A stretch of DNA of 63,990 bases, filler included, from Thermoplasmatota archaeon (lineage in GTDB: Archaea; Thermoplasmatota; E2; JACPAO01; JAHFTW01): the NCBI GenBank assembly GCA_041623215.1. It is 7 parts of 7 records of this genome, joined end to end, with 100 filler letters (N's around TTAATTAATTAA, not from the genome) between each part and the next. Parts side by side here need not be neighbours in the genome. Positions count along the whole stretch, not along the records: positions 30,509 to 39,980 come from JBFJXH010000066.1; 6 more parts are not named here. One strand, 5' to 3'. Both the position numbers and the translations under genes were made by a program. Below are positions 31,749 through 40,080 of the stretch, in pieces; within the stretch, counting starts at the first letter, position 1, and every line of letters starts with the position of its first letter. Below the pieces are notes generated by a model. The model saw only the letters and a program-made list of their open reading frames with translations. It was not told where the DNA came from and searched no databases.

Positions 31749-32225
31749 TCACTCCACCTCCGCTACGAGAATTACGTCATCAATGGCCGTCATAGCATCA
31801 TCTCCGACCGATTGGTACTCAACCTTGATTTCGGCAAACGCGAGCGTAATGTGCTCGCGAGGTGTGGTGTCGTCGACAACTTCGTAGCTGGTAATGATGA
31901 TGTGCTGCATGTCTAGCACGATGTCGCCTTGGCCGCGCAGGCCACGGGCGGCTAGTTCGAGGCCGGCAATGGGCCCGCCAGCCGCTACTGCGTCGGCTAG
32001 GACGGGACTGGTATCATCCATCCATTTGACGATGGTTGCACTGCCGTGTAGGATGTCGCCTGTTCGCTCAATGCCCCAACTCCACGACAAGACCTTCGTG
32101 GGCTCATTGGGGTCGATGACGGCCAAAGGGCCCGCGTCCAATCCTTCCCACTGCATTGAAGGGGCAGCCGACACTCCGGCTGCTGCGACCAAAAGTACTA
32201 TCGCCACAAGGAACGGCCCGCGCAT
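31749..32225 (-). CDS. Hcp-like (type VI secretion tube family) protein with N-terminal signal peptide
   Basis: VLSWSWG...TIVKWMDDTSPVLADA...IIITSY...PREHITLAFAEIKVEY follows the Hcp consensus (VLSWSWG...TKxxDxxSPxL...ISS...PxExhsLxFxKIxxxY). Signal peptide MRGPFLVAIVLLVAAAGVSA. Confidence 0.75.
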   Translation of the reverse strand: MRGPFLVAIVLLVAAAGVSAAPSMQWEGLDAGPLAVIDPNEPTKVLSWSWGIERTGDILHGSATIVKWMDDTSPVLADAVAAGGPIAGLELAARGLRGQGDIVLDMQHIIITSYEVVDDTTPREHITLAFAEIKVEYQSVGDDAMTAIDDVILVAEVE

Positions 32226-32364
32226 GCTTTTAGCTCGCCCAATCGCCCTCAAGACCATTTCCAAGAATCCCCTTGGCCCCATGGGGAGGAAGGGCACATC
32301 GGGCGTTGCCGGCACAAGGCCGCTACGCCGTCATGGTGAAGTTGGGCCTAGGTATCATTGACCC

Positions 32365-33471
32365 ATGGCACCTGACATCGGGGCATTGGCTCTGGGCTTC
32401 ATTGAGCAATATGGGTTGCTGGCGATGTTCATTTTGCTCGTCCTTGACAGCGCCCTGTTACTACCCGTGTTTCCGGGCGAAATTGTGCTCATCATGGCTG
32501 TCGCCACCTATGGGACAGATCCCAGCGGCCTCCTGATGCTGATTGTCCTTGCCACCACGGCAGCCCTCGTCGGCAGCTTGCTTCTGTACGCCGTTCTGCG
32601 AGGCGGTGGCAGGCGTCTGGTGGAGCGCTACCCGAAGTTCTTCATGATGCCGAGGAAACGACGCGAAAAGATGGAGGCGCTATTCCAAAAGAAGAGCGGC
32701 CAGAGCCTCGTCATGTTTCTGCGCATCATTCCCCTGACGAGGATTATCGTTACCATTCCAGCGGGGCTTGCACGCATGCCGGCGCTACGGTTCATTATCC
32801 TGTCCACAATTGGTTTGGCGGCTTACCACATCGCGTTCCTTTGGTTTACCTTTGAGGCGAATCGACCCGGCAGCACCATCTCGCAACAGAAGGATCAGCT
32901 TGCGCAAGCTTACGCCAGCCCCATGTATGACTACGTCACGGCAAACACCGCCGTCACCGGCGCCGGTCTGCTGCTGTTTGGAGCCTTCCTGTCCATGCGC
33001 GCATCAGTCAAGATGCGCACGGCAGAGCCCGATGAATCCACCGGTAGTCTCCTGGGCTCGCTAACGATTGCCATCCTCATGGCGGGTGGCCTGCTGGTGG
33101 CCGCGCTTGCTTACCTGGAGCCAGAAACCGCCTACCGGGGCGCCGAAATGGGAGGCCTTGACATTCATCAAATTGCAGGGGCCATCAACTACGAACCGGT
33201 GCAGTTGCTTTGGACGACGGCGGCAGTGGCGGTAAGTCTCGGCATGTTTCTGGAAATTCTCAACCGGGATGCAGCGCAACGGCGGCGACGCTTCCTCAAG
33301 AAATGGCATGCCAAGGAGGCCGAGCGACGAGCCGCAGAAGCTGCCAGTGAATCTCCTGACGGACCGGCTAGCCCTAGCGACAACCAAGCGGCGGCGCCGG
33401 ACGCGCCACTCGCGGCGACCGACGTATCCGATCCCGCGCCACGCGCCTCCAGTGCGTCGTCGGAAAGCTAG
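32365..33471 (+). CDS. DedA/VTT (SNARE-associated) family membrane protein with C-terminal extension
   Basis: PVFPGEIVL, GSLLLY..LRGGG, FLRIIPLTR, PAGLARM motifs. Confidence 0.85.
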   Translation: MAPDIGALALGFIEQYGLLAMFILLVLDSALLLPVFPGEIVLIMAVATYGTDPSGLLMLIVLATTAALVGSLLLYAVLRGGGRRLVERYPKFFMMPRKRREKMEALFQKKSGQSLVMFLRIIPLTRIIVTIPAGLARMPALRFIILSTIGLAAYHIAFLWFTFEANRPGSTISQQKDQLAQAYASPMYDYVTANTAVTGAGLLLFGAFLSMRASVKMRTAEPDESTGSLLGSLTIAILMAGGLLVAALAYLEPETAYRGAEMGGLDIHQIAGAINYEPVQLLWTTAAVAVSLGMFLEILNRDAAQRRRRFLKKWHAKEAERRAAEAASESPDGPASPSDNQAAAPDAPLAATDVSDPAPRASSASSES

Positions 33472-33474
33472 GCC

Positions 33475-34194
33475 ATGTGCAACTTCGTCGATCAATTTGG
33501 CGAAATCCATCACCATGTGCTGAAGCATGGAGTGGATGTATCTCGGGTAGACGCGGAGGTCGCCTTTCCACGTCGTTGCCGACCGCACGACCGCATCAGC
33601 CTCCTGCACACCGCCCCACCGGCACCAGGCAAGGCCCCCACCCTCGTGCTGGAGGACGGCAATTGGGGCCTTCACTTGCCCGGATTTCGGGGCCTAACGA
33701 CGAACGCGCGGGATGACCGTTTGGCGACCAGCCCCCTGTGGCAAACCATGTGGGGTCAAGCCGGACACCATGTGGTAATTCCCATTAGCCATGGCTATGA
33801 ATTTACGAAGCGCACGGGCGAACGGGTCTGGAGCTGCATCCAGCGGCGCGATGGAGACCCATGGCTGGTCGCGGGCCTTGGGCGCGAGCAGGATGGTCGC
33901 CATCGCCGTGAATGGCATGTCAGCATGGTGACCACGGACGCCGGTTCCGTTTTCGAGCCGATTCATGACACGCCTCGGGAAGTGGTTTGCTTACGCGACT
34001 GGGACGAGGCGCTAACGTGGCTCGACGCTGACCGCGGCGAGTGCCAGAAACTCATCCGTGCGGCAACGCCCGATGTGCTAGCCACCCATCGGGTCAGTGA
34101 CGATGTGCTGAGGGAAGGGTTTCCCCCCGGCGCCTGGCCAAACAGGTACCAGCCGTCGTCCGGCCCCCAGCAAGGCCTCGACGCCTTCGGGTAG
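33475..34194 (+). CDS. SOS response-associated peptidase (SRAP/HMCES/YedK family)
   Basis: N-terminal Met-Cys, NWG, NAR, GYEF, AGL, MVTT, PIHD-P motifs. Confidence 0.8.
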   Translation: MCNFVDQFGEIHHHVLKHGVDVSRVDAEVAFPRRCRPHDRISLLHTAPPAPGKAPTLVLEDGNWGLHLPGFRGLTTNARDDRLATSPLWQTMWGQAGHHVVIPISHGYEFTKRTGERVWSCIQRRDGDPWLVAGLGREQDGRHRREWHVSMVTTDAGSVFEPIHDTPREVVCLRDWDEALTWLDADRGECQKLIRAATPDVLATHRVSDDVLREGFPPGAWPNRYQPSSGPQQGLDAFG

Positions 34195-34272
34195 TGGCAG
34201 GCAATTGCTCGCAACCCGTCCCCATCATGGCACGTTGGCCGTCTCGTGGCAGACGGCGCGTTTGCCGCAGCC

Positions 34273-35673
34273 TCAGTCCGCTGTTTGTGTTTCCATGGCT
34301 GCACCGGACGCTTGCAGGACGACGCTCAAGGGATTGCCCAAGATTTCGTCACCGCCCAAGCGCGGGGTATTTTGCTCAATTTCGGAGAGCACCATGTAGC
34401 CACGGCCATCAGGTCCGAGCGCCGCGCCTTGCACGTGGCGAGACGCATGGGGGCCCTTGTCGACGGCGAGGCTTGCATTGCGAATTTCGGGTTGGCCATC
34501 GATGCCGATGTGAACATGGCCAAGGTACCAGTCGGTGCCGGCATCGTGGCGAATTCCCCAGTTCACAAGGGCGCCTTCGCCCCACTTGTTGCCGTCTAGG
34601 TAAATGCTTGAAACAGGCTCGTCAAAGGTGAAGTTGCTGACCGCGAAGTTGGCACCATCGTCGCTACTCACGGCGAGTTGGAAGCCGCCCTTGGCGTATT
34701 GGCCGTTGTTCATGGCGCCCACAAACAAGGCCCCCGTTGCATCAAACACGGCTTGGCCGTAATGTCCGATTTGACTGGCCGACTTGTGCGTGTTTTCGAA
34801 GACTGGACGCTCCTCCACGCTCATGACATCGGCCACGTTGCCCGTCACCACCACGAACGTTCCGGCTTGGTCCTGGGGCACGGCAAAGAAACCGTCGTCT
34901 CGGACGTCTGGAATGCCGGGAATGAAGCCGCCGCTGGAGGCGCATAAATTCCACGTTGGACCCGTGAGGGGGTTACCGATGCCGACGTAATCGGATGGCG
35001 GCACCTCCATTGCGCCGACCTGCACCGGTCCTCCGCCAGCATTGTTGACCATCAAAAGCGTGCCATTGGCATAGGCAGCCCAGGGCCGGTCGTTGATACT
35101 GAGGCTGAAGCAGGGTCGCCCGGCACGAGTCTGCATCGCTTGCACCTCATCGTACGCGTTCGGGTTGTGGTAGCAATGCCGTGCACCGTCGTCACACCAA
35201 CCATTGACGGGGAACGTGACGAGCGTGATGTCCACGCCCCACAATTGACCATCGTCGCCAGCGACAACGAAAATTTCGTCGCTTGGCGGTGGGGTCGCGC
35301 CATGCACCGGCTCTGGCGTCTCAAGCGAGTCTAGGAAGGGCAATTGAGCCCACGAAGTGCCGTTGTCCTTGCTGAAGAACACCGGGGCGCCCGTGGTGTC
35401 TACGCCGGCGGTGTGGGCGGTCACATAGATGACGCCCGTATCGGAAACTTCCATGGTTGGCTCATAGAGGCCGATGCCGAAGTGGACCGCAGCGTCCACG
35501 ACGACTTCTTGGAAGGCCATGGTGTTTGTGATGGAGACCGTGACGCCGTCGGCGCCATCATCGCTCACCGCGTCCAGGGGCATAGCATTCGAATCTGGGG
35601 TGTCGGAAAGGCACCCGGTGAGCGTCAAGGCGCCAAGGGTCAAGGCCGCAAGCCACGGCATGCCACGTTGCAT
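34273..35673 (-). CDS. Lipoprotein with BNR/sialidase-like propeller
   Basis: LTGC lipobox; EPTMEV, SKDNGTSW, DRPW, SSDDGANF; same family as 792..2615. Confidence 0.75.
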   Translation of the reverse strand: MQRGMPWLAALTLGALTLTGCLSDTPDSNAMPLDAVSDDGADGVTVSITNTMAFQEVVVDAAVHFGIGLYEPTMEVSDTGVIYVTAHTAGVDTTGAPVFFSKDNGTSWAQLPFLDSLETPEPVHGATPPPSDEIFVVAGDDGQLWGVDITLVTFPVNGWCDDGARHCYHNPNAYDEVQAMQTRAGRPCFSLSINDRPWAAYANGTLLMVNNAGGGPVQVGAMEVPPSDYVGIGNPLTGPTWNLCASSGGFIPGIPDVRDDGFFAVPQDQAGTFVVVTGNVADVMSVEERPVFENTHKSASQIGHYGQAVFDATGALFVGAMNNGQYAKGGFQLAVSSDDGANFAVSNFTFDEPVSSIYLDGNKWGEGALVNWGIRHDAGTDWYLGHVHIGIDGQPEIRNASLAVDKGPHASRHVQGAALGPDGRGYMVLSEIEQNTPRLGGDEILGNPLSVVLQASGAAMETQTAD

Positions 35674-35787
35674 GCGGCGGCCAATGGAGCCACGGCATTA
35701 TGTTTTCGACGGCGTCTGATGGAAGAAACGACCTCCCAATCCTAGACTCGACCCCAGCCCCTTTTTGCTACCCGGTGATGGCCCCTC

Positions 35788-36972
35788 ATGGTCGATGATG
35801 CATGGCGCCAAGTGGGCCTCGTCATCGATGCCGGTAGCGGTGTATTATTCCTGGCCTTGGCTGCGTTTGTTGGCCTCAAGCGGCCACGAACGCGAACCGG
35901 GGCATGGTTTGCTTTCTTCGCTGCATCACTGGGGTTGCGAGCCACGCTTGACAACGGCTGGCGTCTGGGCTGGTTTGGCAACAACCTCGTGACCGGCCAA
36001 ATGCTGGTTCTCATCGCTACCGCCGTGATGGCCATGGTAGCCATCTTGGGCCTGGGCCGTTCGCTGGGTGTGCGCATGGCTTGGGCTCCGTTGGCGCTGG
36101 GCGGCGTTGCCGGCGCCTCGTTCGGCCTGGCGTTGTCCCTGGGCCGCGAGTGGCCAGGGGCAGGTGCCAGCGCGACGGCGGCGGCCTTCACAGTCGGCTT
36201 GTGGGTGCTGGTCGTCATCGTGACACGGGCGCCCGACATGGCTTGGCTCAACAAGCCAATGGCACCCTATGCTACAGCCTTCACGCTCGTCAATCTGACC
36301 AACTCCTTTGGTTATGTGGCCCGCCAGACGGGGCCCGAGTTACTCCTCTTCGCGCTGAACTGGATGGCGCCGGTGGTGGCCATGGTGTGGGCGTTACTGC
36401 AACTTGGAAAACACAGCCAACGGGCAGCCATCGTCATCGTCGTTGCAGCCGGTCTGGTGTCGCTGGCGTGGAACGTGATGGCCGGCGAGAATGTGAACGA
36501 CAAGGGTCTCATTGGGGCTACGCGCATCGTCGCCGTCCTCGCTGTGGGTTACGCCATTGTCCAAAACCGTGCCTTCGACTTAGATGTCAAGATTCGGCGT
36601 TCGCTACAACGCTCGGTGCTCGTCTCGTTCTTCATTGCCGCCTTTGCCGGCGCCCAGACCTTCGTCGGGGAGTACTTCACGGAATCTGGTGGGCTGTTGC
36701 CGGGCGCGCTGGCCACAACCTTACTCGTGCTCGCGATTGCCCCTTTGCAACGGCTGGCAGCCAAGGTCGGGAGTGCCGCTATGCCGAACGCGCGCCCCAT
36801 CGACGAGCGCAGCCAGGCGGACCGCGAGCGTTTGTATCGTCGTGTTAGTGAAGCGGCTTGGGAAGATGGCATCATTACGAAAAAGGAATTGACGCTGCTC
36901 GACGTTGCGCGCGAAGAGTTGGGCCTAGACCTTGGCACCACCGCTCGCATTGATTCGCAGGTGCGGGTGTGA
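35788..36972 (+). CDS. Polytopic membrane protein with C-terminal TerB-like helical domain
   Basis: About 10 TM helices, YAIVQNRAFDLDVKIRR motif, C-terminal AWEDGIITKKELTLLDVAREELGL. Confidence 0.7.
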   Translation: MVDDAWRQVGLVIDAGSGVLFLALAAFVGLKRPRTRTGAWFAFFAASLGLRATLDNGWRLGWFGNNLVTGQMLVLIATAVMAMVAILGLGRSLGVRMAWAPLALGGVAGASFGLALSLGREWPGAGASATAAAFTVGLWVLVVIVTRAPDMAWLNKPMAPYATAFTLVNLTNSFGYVARQTGPELLLFALNWMAPVVAMVWALLQLGKHSQRAAIVIVVAAGLVSLAWNVMAGENVNDKGLIGATRIVAVLAVGYAIVQNRAFDLDVKIRRSLQRSVLVSFFIAAFAGAQTFVGEYFTESGGLLPGALATTLLVLAIAPLQRLAAKVGSAAMPNARPIDERSQADRERLYRRVSEAAWEDGIITKKELTLLDVAREELGLDLGTTARIDSQVRV

Positions 36973-37046
36973 GTTTCGGCCCCGGCGTGGCGGCCCTCAA
37001 GCCTTAAGAGGAACACCTGCCACGGAGGCCTCAGGCAGCCATGCTC

Positions 37047-37125
37047 GCCGGTGTGTCGCTCTGACACCGGCTTTGACGCCCTGGACGCGGCTTTGCCGCA
37101 GCGGCGGAGTGCGACACTGTCCAGG
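37047..37125 (+). promoter_or_regulatory. Putative structured 5' leader of the DEAD-box helicase mRNA
   Basis: Stems GCCGGTGT/ACACCGGC, CCTGGAC/GTCCAGG, GCGGC/GCCGC; TATA-like CTTAAG at about 37003, roughly 130 nt upstream of the ATG. Confidence 0.45.
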
Positions 37126-37133
37126 AATTCACT

Positions 37134-38486
37134 ATGCAGTTCAACGACCTGCCCATAGCCGACGGCACGAAAGATGCCGTCGCCGCCATGGGCTATTTCG
37201 ACGCCACACCCATCCAGCGTGATGCAATCCCCCATTTGCTCAAGGGCCGGGACCTTATTGGTCGGGCCCAAACCGGCACCGGCAAGACGGCCGCCTTTGG
37301 CGTGCCCCTCATTGACAAGCTTCGCGACGTTCGTGGCGACGGCATTCGTGGCCTCGTGCTGTGCCCGACGCGCGAATTGGCCTTACAAGTAACAGAGGTG
37401 CTAACAGCCGTGGCCGCGGGCAGCCGCGTCCGCGTTGTGCCGGTGTATGGAGGCGCGGGCTTTGACAAACAAGAGAAAGGCTTGGCCCAGCGCGCTCCGC
37501 TTGTGGTGGTTGCATGTCCCGGACGCTTGCTGGACCTCATGGGTCGCGGCGTGGCGGACATTGCCACGACGGAGTTCTTCATTCTCGACGAAGCGGATCG
37601 CATGTTGGACATGGGTTTCATCCACGACATCAAGCGCATCGAAAAGGAGCTGCCCCACCACCGCCAAACGGCGCTATTCTCGGCCACGTTTGATGGCCCG
37701 ATTCGTCGCCTAGCGCATGATTTCCTACAGGACCCCGTGACGGTTGAAGTGGAAGACACCATTACAACTGACTTGGTGGATGATTATCACATCAAGGTGG
37801 AAAAGTCGCTCAAGAAGCAGCTTCTGCTTACACTCATGGCACGGGAGGAACCCTCCAAGGCCATCATCTTCACCAAGATGAAGCACCAGGCGAAGCGCCT
37901 GGCGGGCGACTTGAACAAACACGGCTGGGCCGCCGTCGCCTTACAGGGCAACATGACCCAAGGCCAGCGCGAACGCGCCATGGATGCGTTTCGCGACGGT
38001 CGGGCCCGTGTCATGGTCGCAACCGATGTTGCCGCGCGCGGCCTCGACGTTCCCGACATCAGTCACGTCATCAATTATGACTTGCCCACCGAGGTGGAAA
38101 ACTACGTCCACCGGGTTGGACGCACCGGCCGCAATGGCCAGACTGGCCGGGCCCACAGCTTCGTGCAATCGGATGAGCACGCGCACTTTCGAGACATCAA
38201 GCGCTTGGCGGGAAACATTCCGGGCGATCCGGTTGAACCTGAGTCAAATGCCGCGCGCGGTCCCGACGCTCCCCTGATTCTTGTTGCCCCCCAGCAGCAG
38301 CGACAGCCGAGTGGCTCGACTGCCCGTCGCAGTCGGCGCCGCGCCGGTAAGGCCGGCCAGGGAGGCGGTGGCCAGCAAGGCAGCCATGGCGGTCGTCAGC
38401 AAGGCGTTTCCAGCGGTAATCGCCAGGGACGTGGCGGACGACGCGGCCGTGGTGGCCGCGGGGGCGGCTACCGGTCCACAGGCTGA
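37134..38486 (+). CDS. DEAD-box RNA helicase
   Basis: Q motif TPIQ, AQTGTGKT, PTRELA, DEAD, SAT, ARGLD, HRVGRTGR; Arg/Gly-rich tail. Confidence 0.96.
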   Translation: MQFNDLPIADGTKDAVAAMGYFDATPIQRDAIPHLLKGRDLIGRAQTGTGKTAAFGVPLIDKLRDVRGDGIRGLVLCPTRELALQVTEVLTAVAAGSRVRVVPVYGGAGFDKQEKGLAQRAPLVVVACPGRLLDLMGRGVADIATTEFFILDEADRMLDMGFIHDIKRIEKELPHHRQTALFSATFDGPIRRLAHDFLQDPVTVEVEDTITTDLVDDYHIKVEKSLKKQLLLTLMAREEPSKAIIFTKMKHQAKRLAGDLNKHGWAAVALQGNMTQGQRERAMDAFRDGRARVMVATDVAARGLDVPDISHVINYDLPTEVENYVHRVGRTGRNGQTGRAHSFVQSDEHAHFRDIKRLAGNIPGDPVEPESNAARGPDAPLILVAPQQQRQPSGSTARRSRRRAGKAGQGGGGQQGSHGGRQQGVSSGNRQGRGGRRGRGGRGGGYRSTG

Positions 38487-38531
38487 CCCATCTCAGAGCG
38501 GCCGTCTGTCCAAGCCACCGTGCATTATTCC

Positions 38532-38537
38532 TTTATA
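38532..38537 (+). promoter_or_regulatory. Archaeal TATA box of the proteasome beta-alpha operon
   Basis: TTTATA 24-29 nt upstream of the ATG at 38561, consistent with a leaderless transcript. Confidence 0.7.
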
Positions 38538-38560
38538 CAAGTGCTAACTTACTCTGTCCG

Positions 38561-39175
38561 ATGACTACCACCGTGGGCCTTCGCACACCGGAAGGCATCG
38601 TCTTGGCGACGGACCGCCGCGCCACCATGGGCTACTTCGTCGCCGACAAAGACGTCGTCAAGATTGAGCCCCTTGGAGACGATGCAGCAATCACCATCGC
38701 CGGCAGCGTTGCCCAAGCACAAGCGTACGCACACAGCCTGCGCATGAACATTGACTACACCAAGGCCCGGCGAGGCTGGAGCCTTTCCCCGAATGAGCTG
38801 GCCAAATTGGCCGCTTACAACATCCAACGCGCGGGCGGCGTGTATGGCCAATTCATCCTGGCCACGCGCGACGGCACCAACACCCATCTTTGGGACGTAG
38901 GTGGCGACGGCTCACTGATTATCAAGAAGGATTACACGGTAACTGGCAGCGGAACGGGACCCGCCATCGGCGTGCTCGAATCGCAAGACTGGTCCACGAT
39001 TACCACCCTCGAAGCGGCGCGAGAAGCGGCGCGAAAGGCCATCCAGGCGAGTACGCAGCGCGACGCCGGTAGTGGCAACGGTCTGGTGGTTTACACGCTT
39101 CCCAACGAGGGCGAAGCAGAACTCAAGACCTACACGTTCAAGCAATCCGTCGAAGAAGATGAGGTGACGGCATGA
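38561..39175 (+). CDS. psmB: 20S proteasome beta-type subunit, no propeptide
   Basis: M-TTTVG; after Met removal Thr1, Asp17 and Lys33 fall at the canonical positions; AGSVA, TGSG, RDAGSG motifs present. Confidence 0.9.
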   Translation: MTTTVGLRTPEGIVLATDRRATMGYFVADKDVVKIEPLGDDAAITIAGSVAQAQAYAHSLRMNIDYTKARRGWSLSPNELAKLAAYNIQRAGGVYGQFILATRDGTNTHLWDVGGDGSLIIKKDYTVTGSGTGPAIGVLESQDWSTITTLEAAREAARKAIQASTQRDAGSGNGLVVYTLPNEGEAELKTYTFKQSVEEDEVTA

Positions 39176-39834
39176 AGCCCCACGTCGATACCACCTACCT
39201 GCACTTCGATGAATCCGGCTCCGTTCCGGCCATCAAGTACGCCCGCATTGCGCTTGCCAATGGCTTGCCCATCATTGCGGCCCACGATGGTAAGTCGGTC
39301 GCCGTCGCCACCGTCAACCGCGAAGGCAACATGCTGGCGACCGGCGCGGACAAGCTCATTCATGTCAGTCTCGACTGCGTGGTGCTGGTTACAGGCCACG
39401 GCGGCGACACCAACCAGGTCCGCCAGGTACTACGTGACTTGGCCGTGAACCACAAGTTCGTTTTTGGCTCTGAAATCAGCCCCAAAGAAATCAGCCTCGC
39501 GCTCTCGGACTACCTGCATGAGCTTGGCATGAGCTATCGGCGTCCCCTGGGCGTCGGCATCATCGTAGCTGGCTTCGACCGCCACGGAACCGAGGCCGCC
39601 ATCTACCACTGTGATGTGGATGGCAACGCCCTCGAACGCCGTGGCATTGCTCTGGGCAAGTCCGCCTCCGAAGCGGAACACGCTATCCAGCAGGGCCTCA
39701 AAGAAGGCCAAGACCTAGAGGCCATGCTCAAGGCGGCAGCCGACGCCACTATCCGTGCAATGCAGGAGTCCAGTGTTGACTTGAAGGACGCCACTTTCCG
39801 TACGGACCTGGAAGTCCTCCAGGCTCGCAACTAG
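39172..39834 (+). CDS. psmA: Divergent 20S proteasome alpha-type subunit
   Basis: F..SG....KYA..A..NG, DKL, TGHGGD, RPLGVGIIVAGFD, DVDG, ALGK align to the alpha fold; ATGA overlap with the beta gene. Confidence 0.82.
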   Translation: MKPHVDTTYLHFDESGSVPAIKYARIALANGLPIIAAHDGKSVAVATVNREGNMLATGADKLIHVSLDCVVLVTGHGGDTNQVRQVLRDLAVNHKFVFGSEISPKEISLALSDYLHELGMSYRRPLGVGIIVAGFDRHGTEAAIYHCDVDGNALERRGIALGKSASEAEHAIQQGLKEGQDLEAMLKAAADATIRAMQESSVDLKDATFRTDLEVLQARN

Positions 39835-39895
39835 ACTCTGCGTTCACCTGCGCGTTCCGGGGCCTTCATATCAGGAAGGTGCGTCGTCAATCGCG

Positions 39896-39980
39896 ATGGC
39901 GATGCAGGATGGCATCGGAAGGACCGGCTACCGCGTCATTGCGGATGTTTTCATGGCCGTAGGGCTATTGGGATTGGGCA
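39896..39980 (+). CDS. Start of a hypothetical membrane/secreted protein (truncated)
   Basis: ATG followed by a hydrophobic stretch running into the linker. Confidence 0.3.
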
Positions 39981-40080
39981 NNNNNNNNNNNNNNNNNNNN
40001 NNNNNNNNNNNNNNNNNNNNNNNNTTAATTAATTAANNNNNNNNNNNNNNNNNNNNNNNNNNNNNNNNNNNNNNNNNNNN
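39981..40080. other. Artificial contig linker
   Basis: N-run/TTAATTAATTAA/N-run. Confidence 0.98.

Noticed and set aside
4742..34194. Apparent base-excision-repair cluster (nth, mutY, SRAP)
   Set aside because: The three genes are on three different contigs; their proximity comes from concatenation.
30509..39980. Complete type VI secretion or contractile injection locus
   Set aside because: Only an Hcp-like gene is recognisable; neighbours are DedA, SRAP, a helicase and proteasome subunits.
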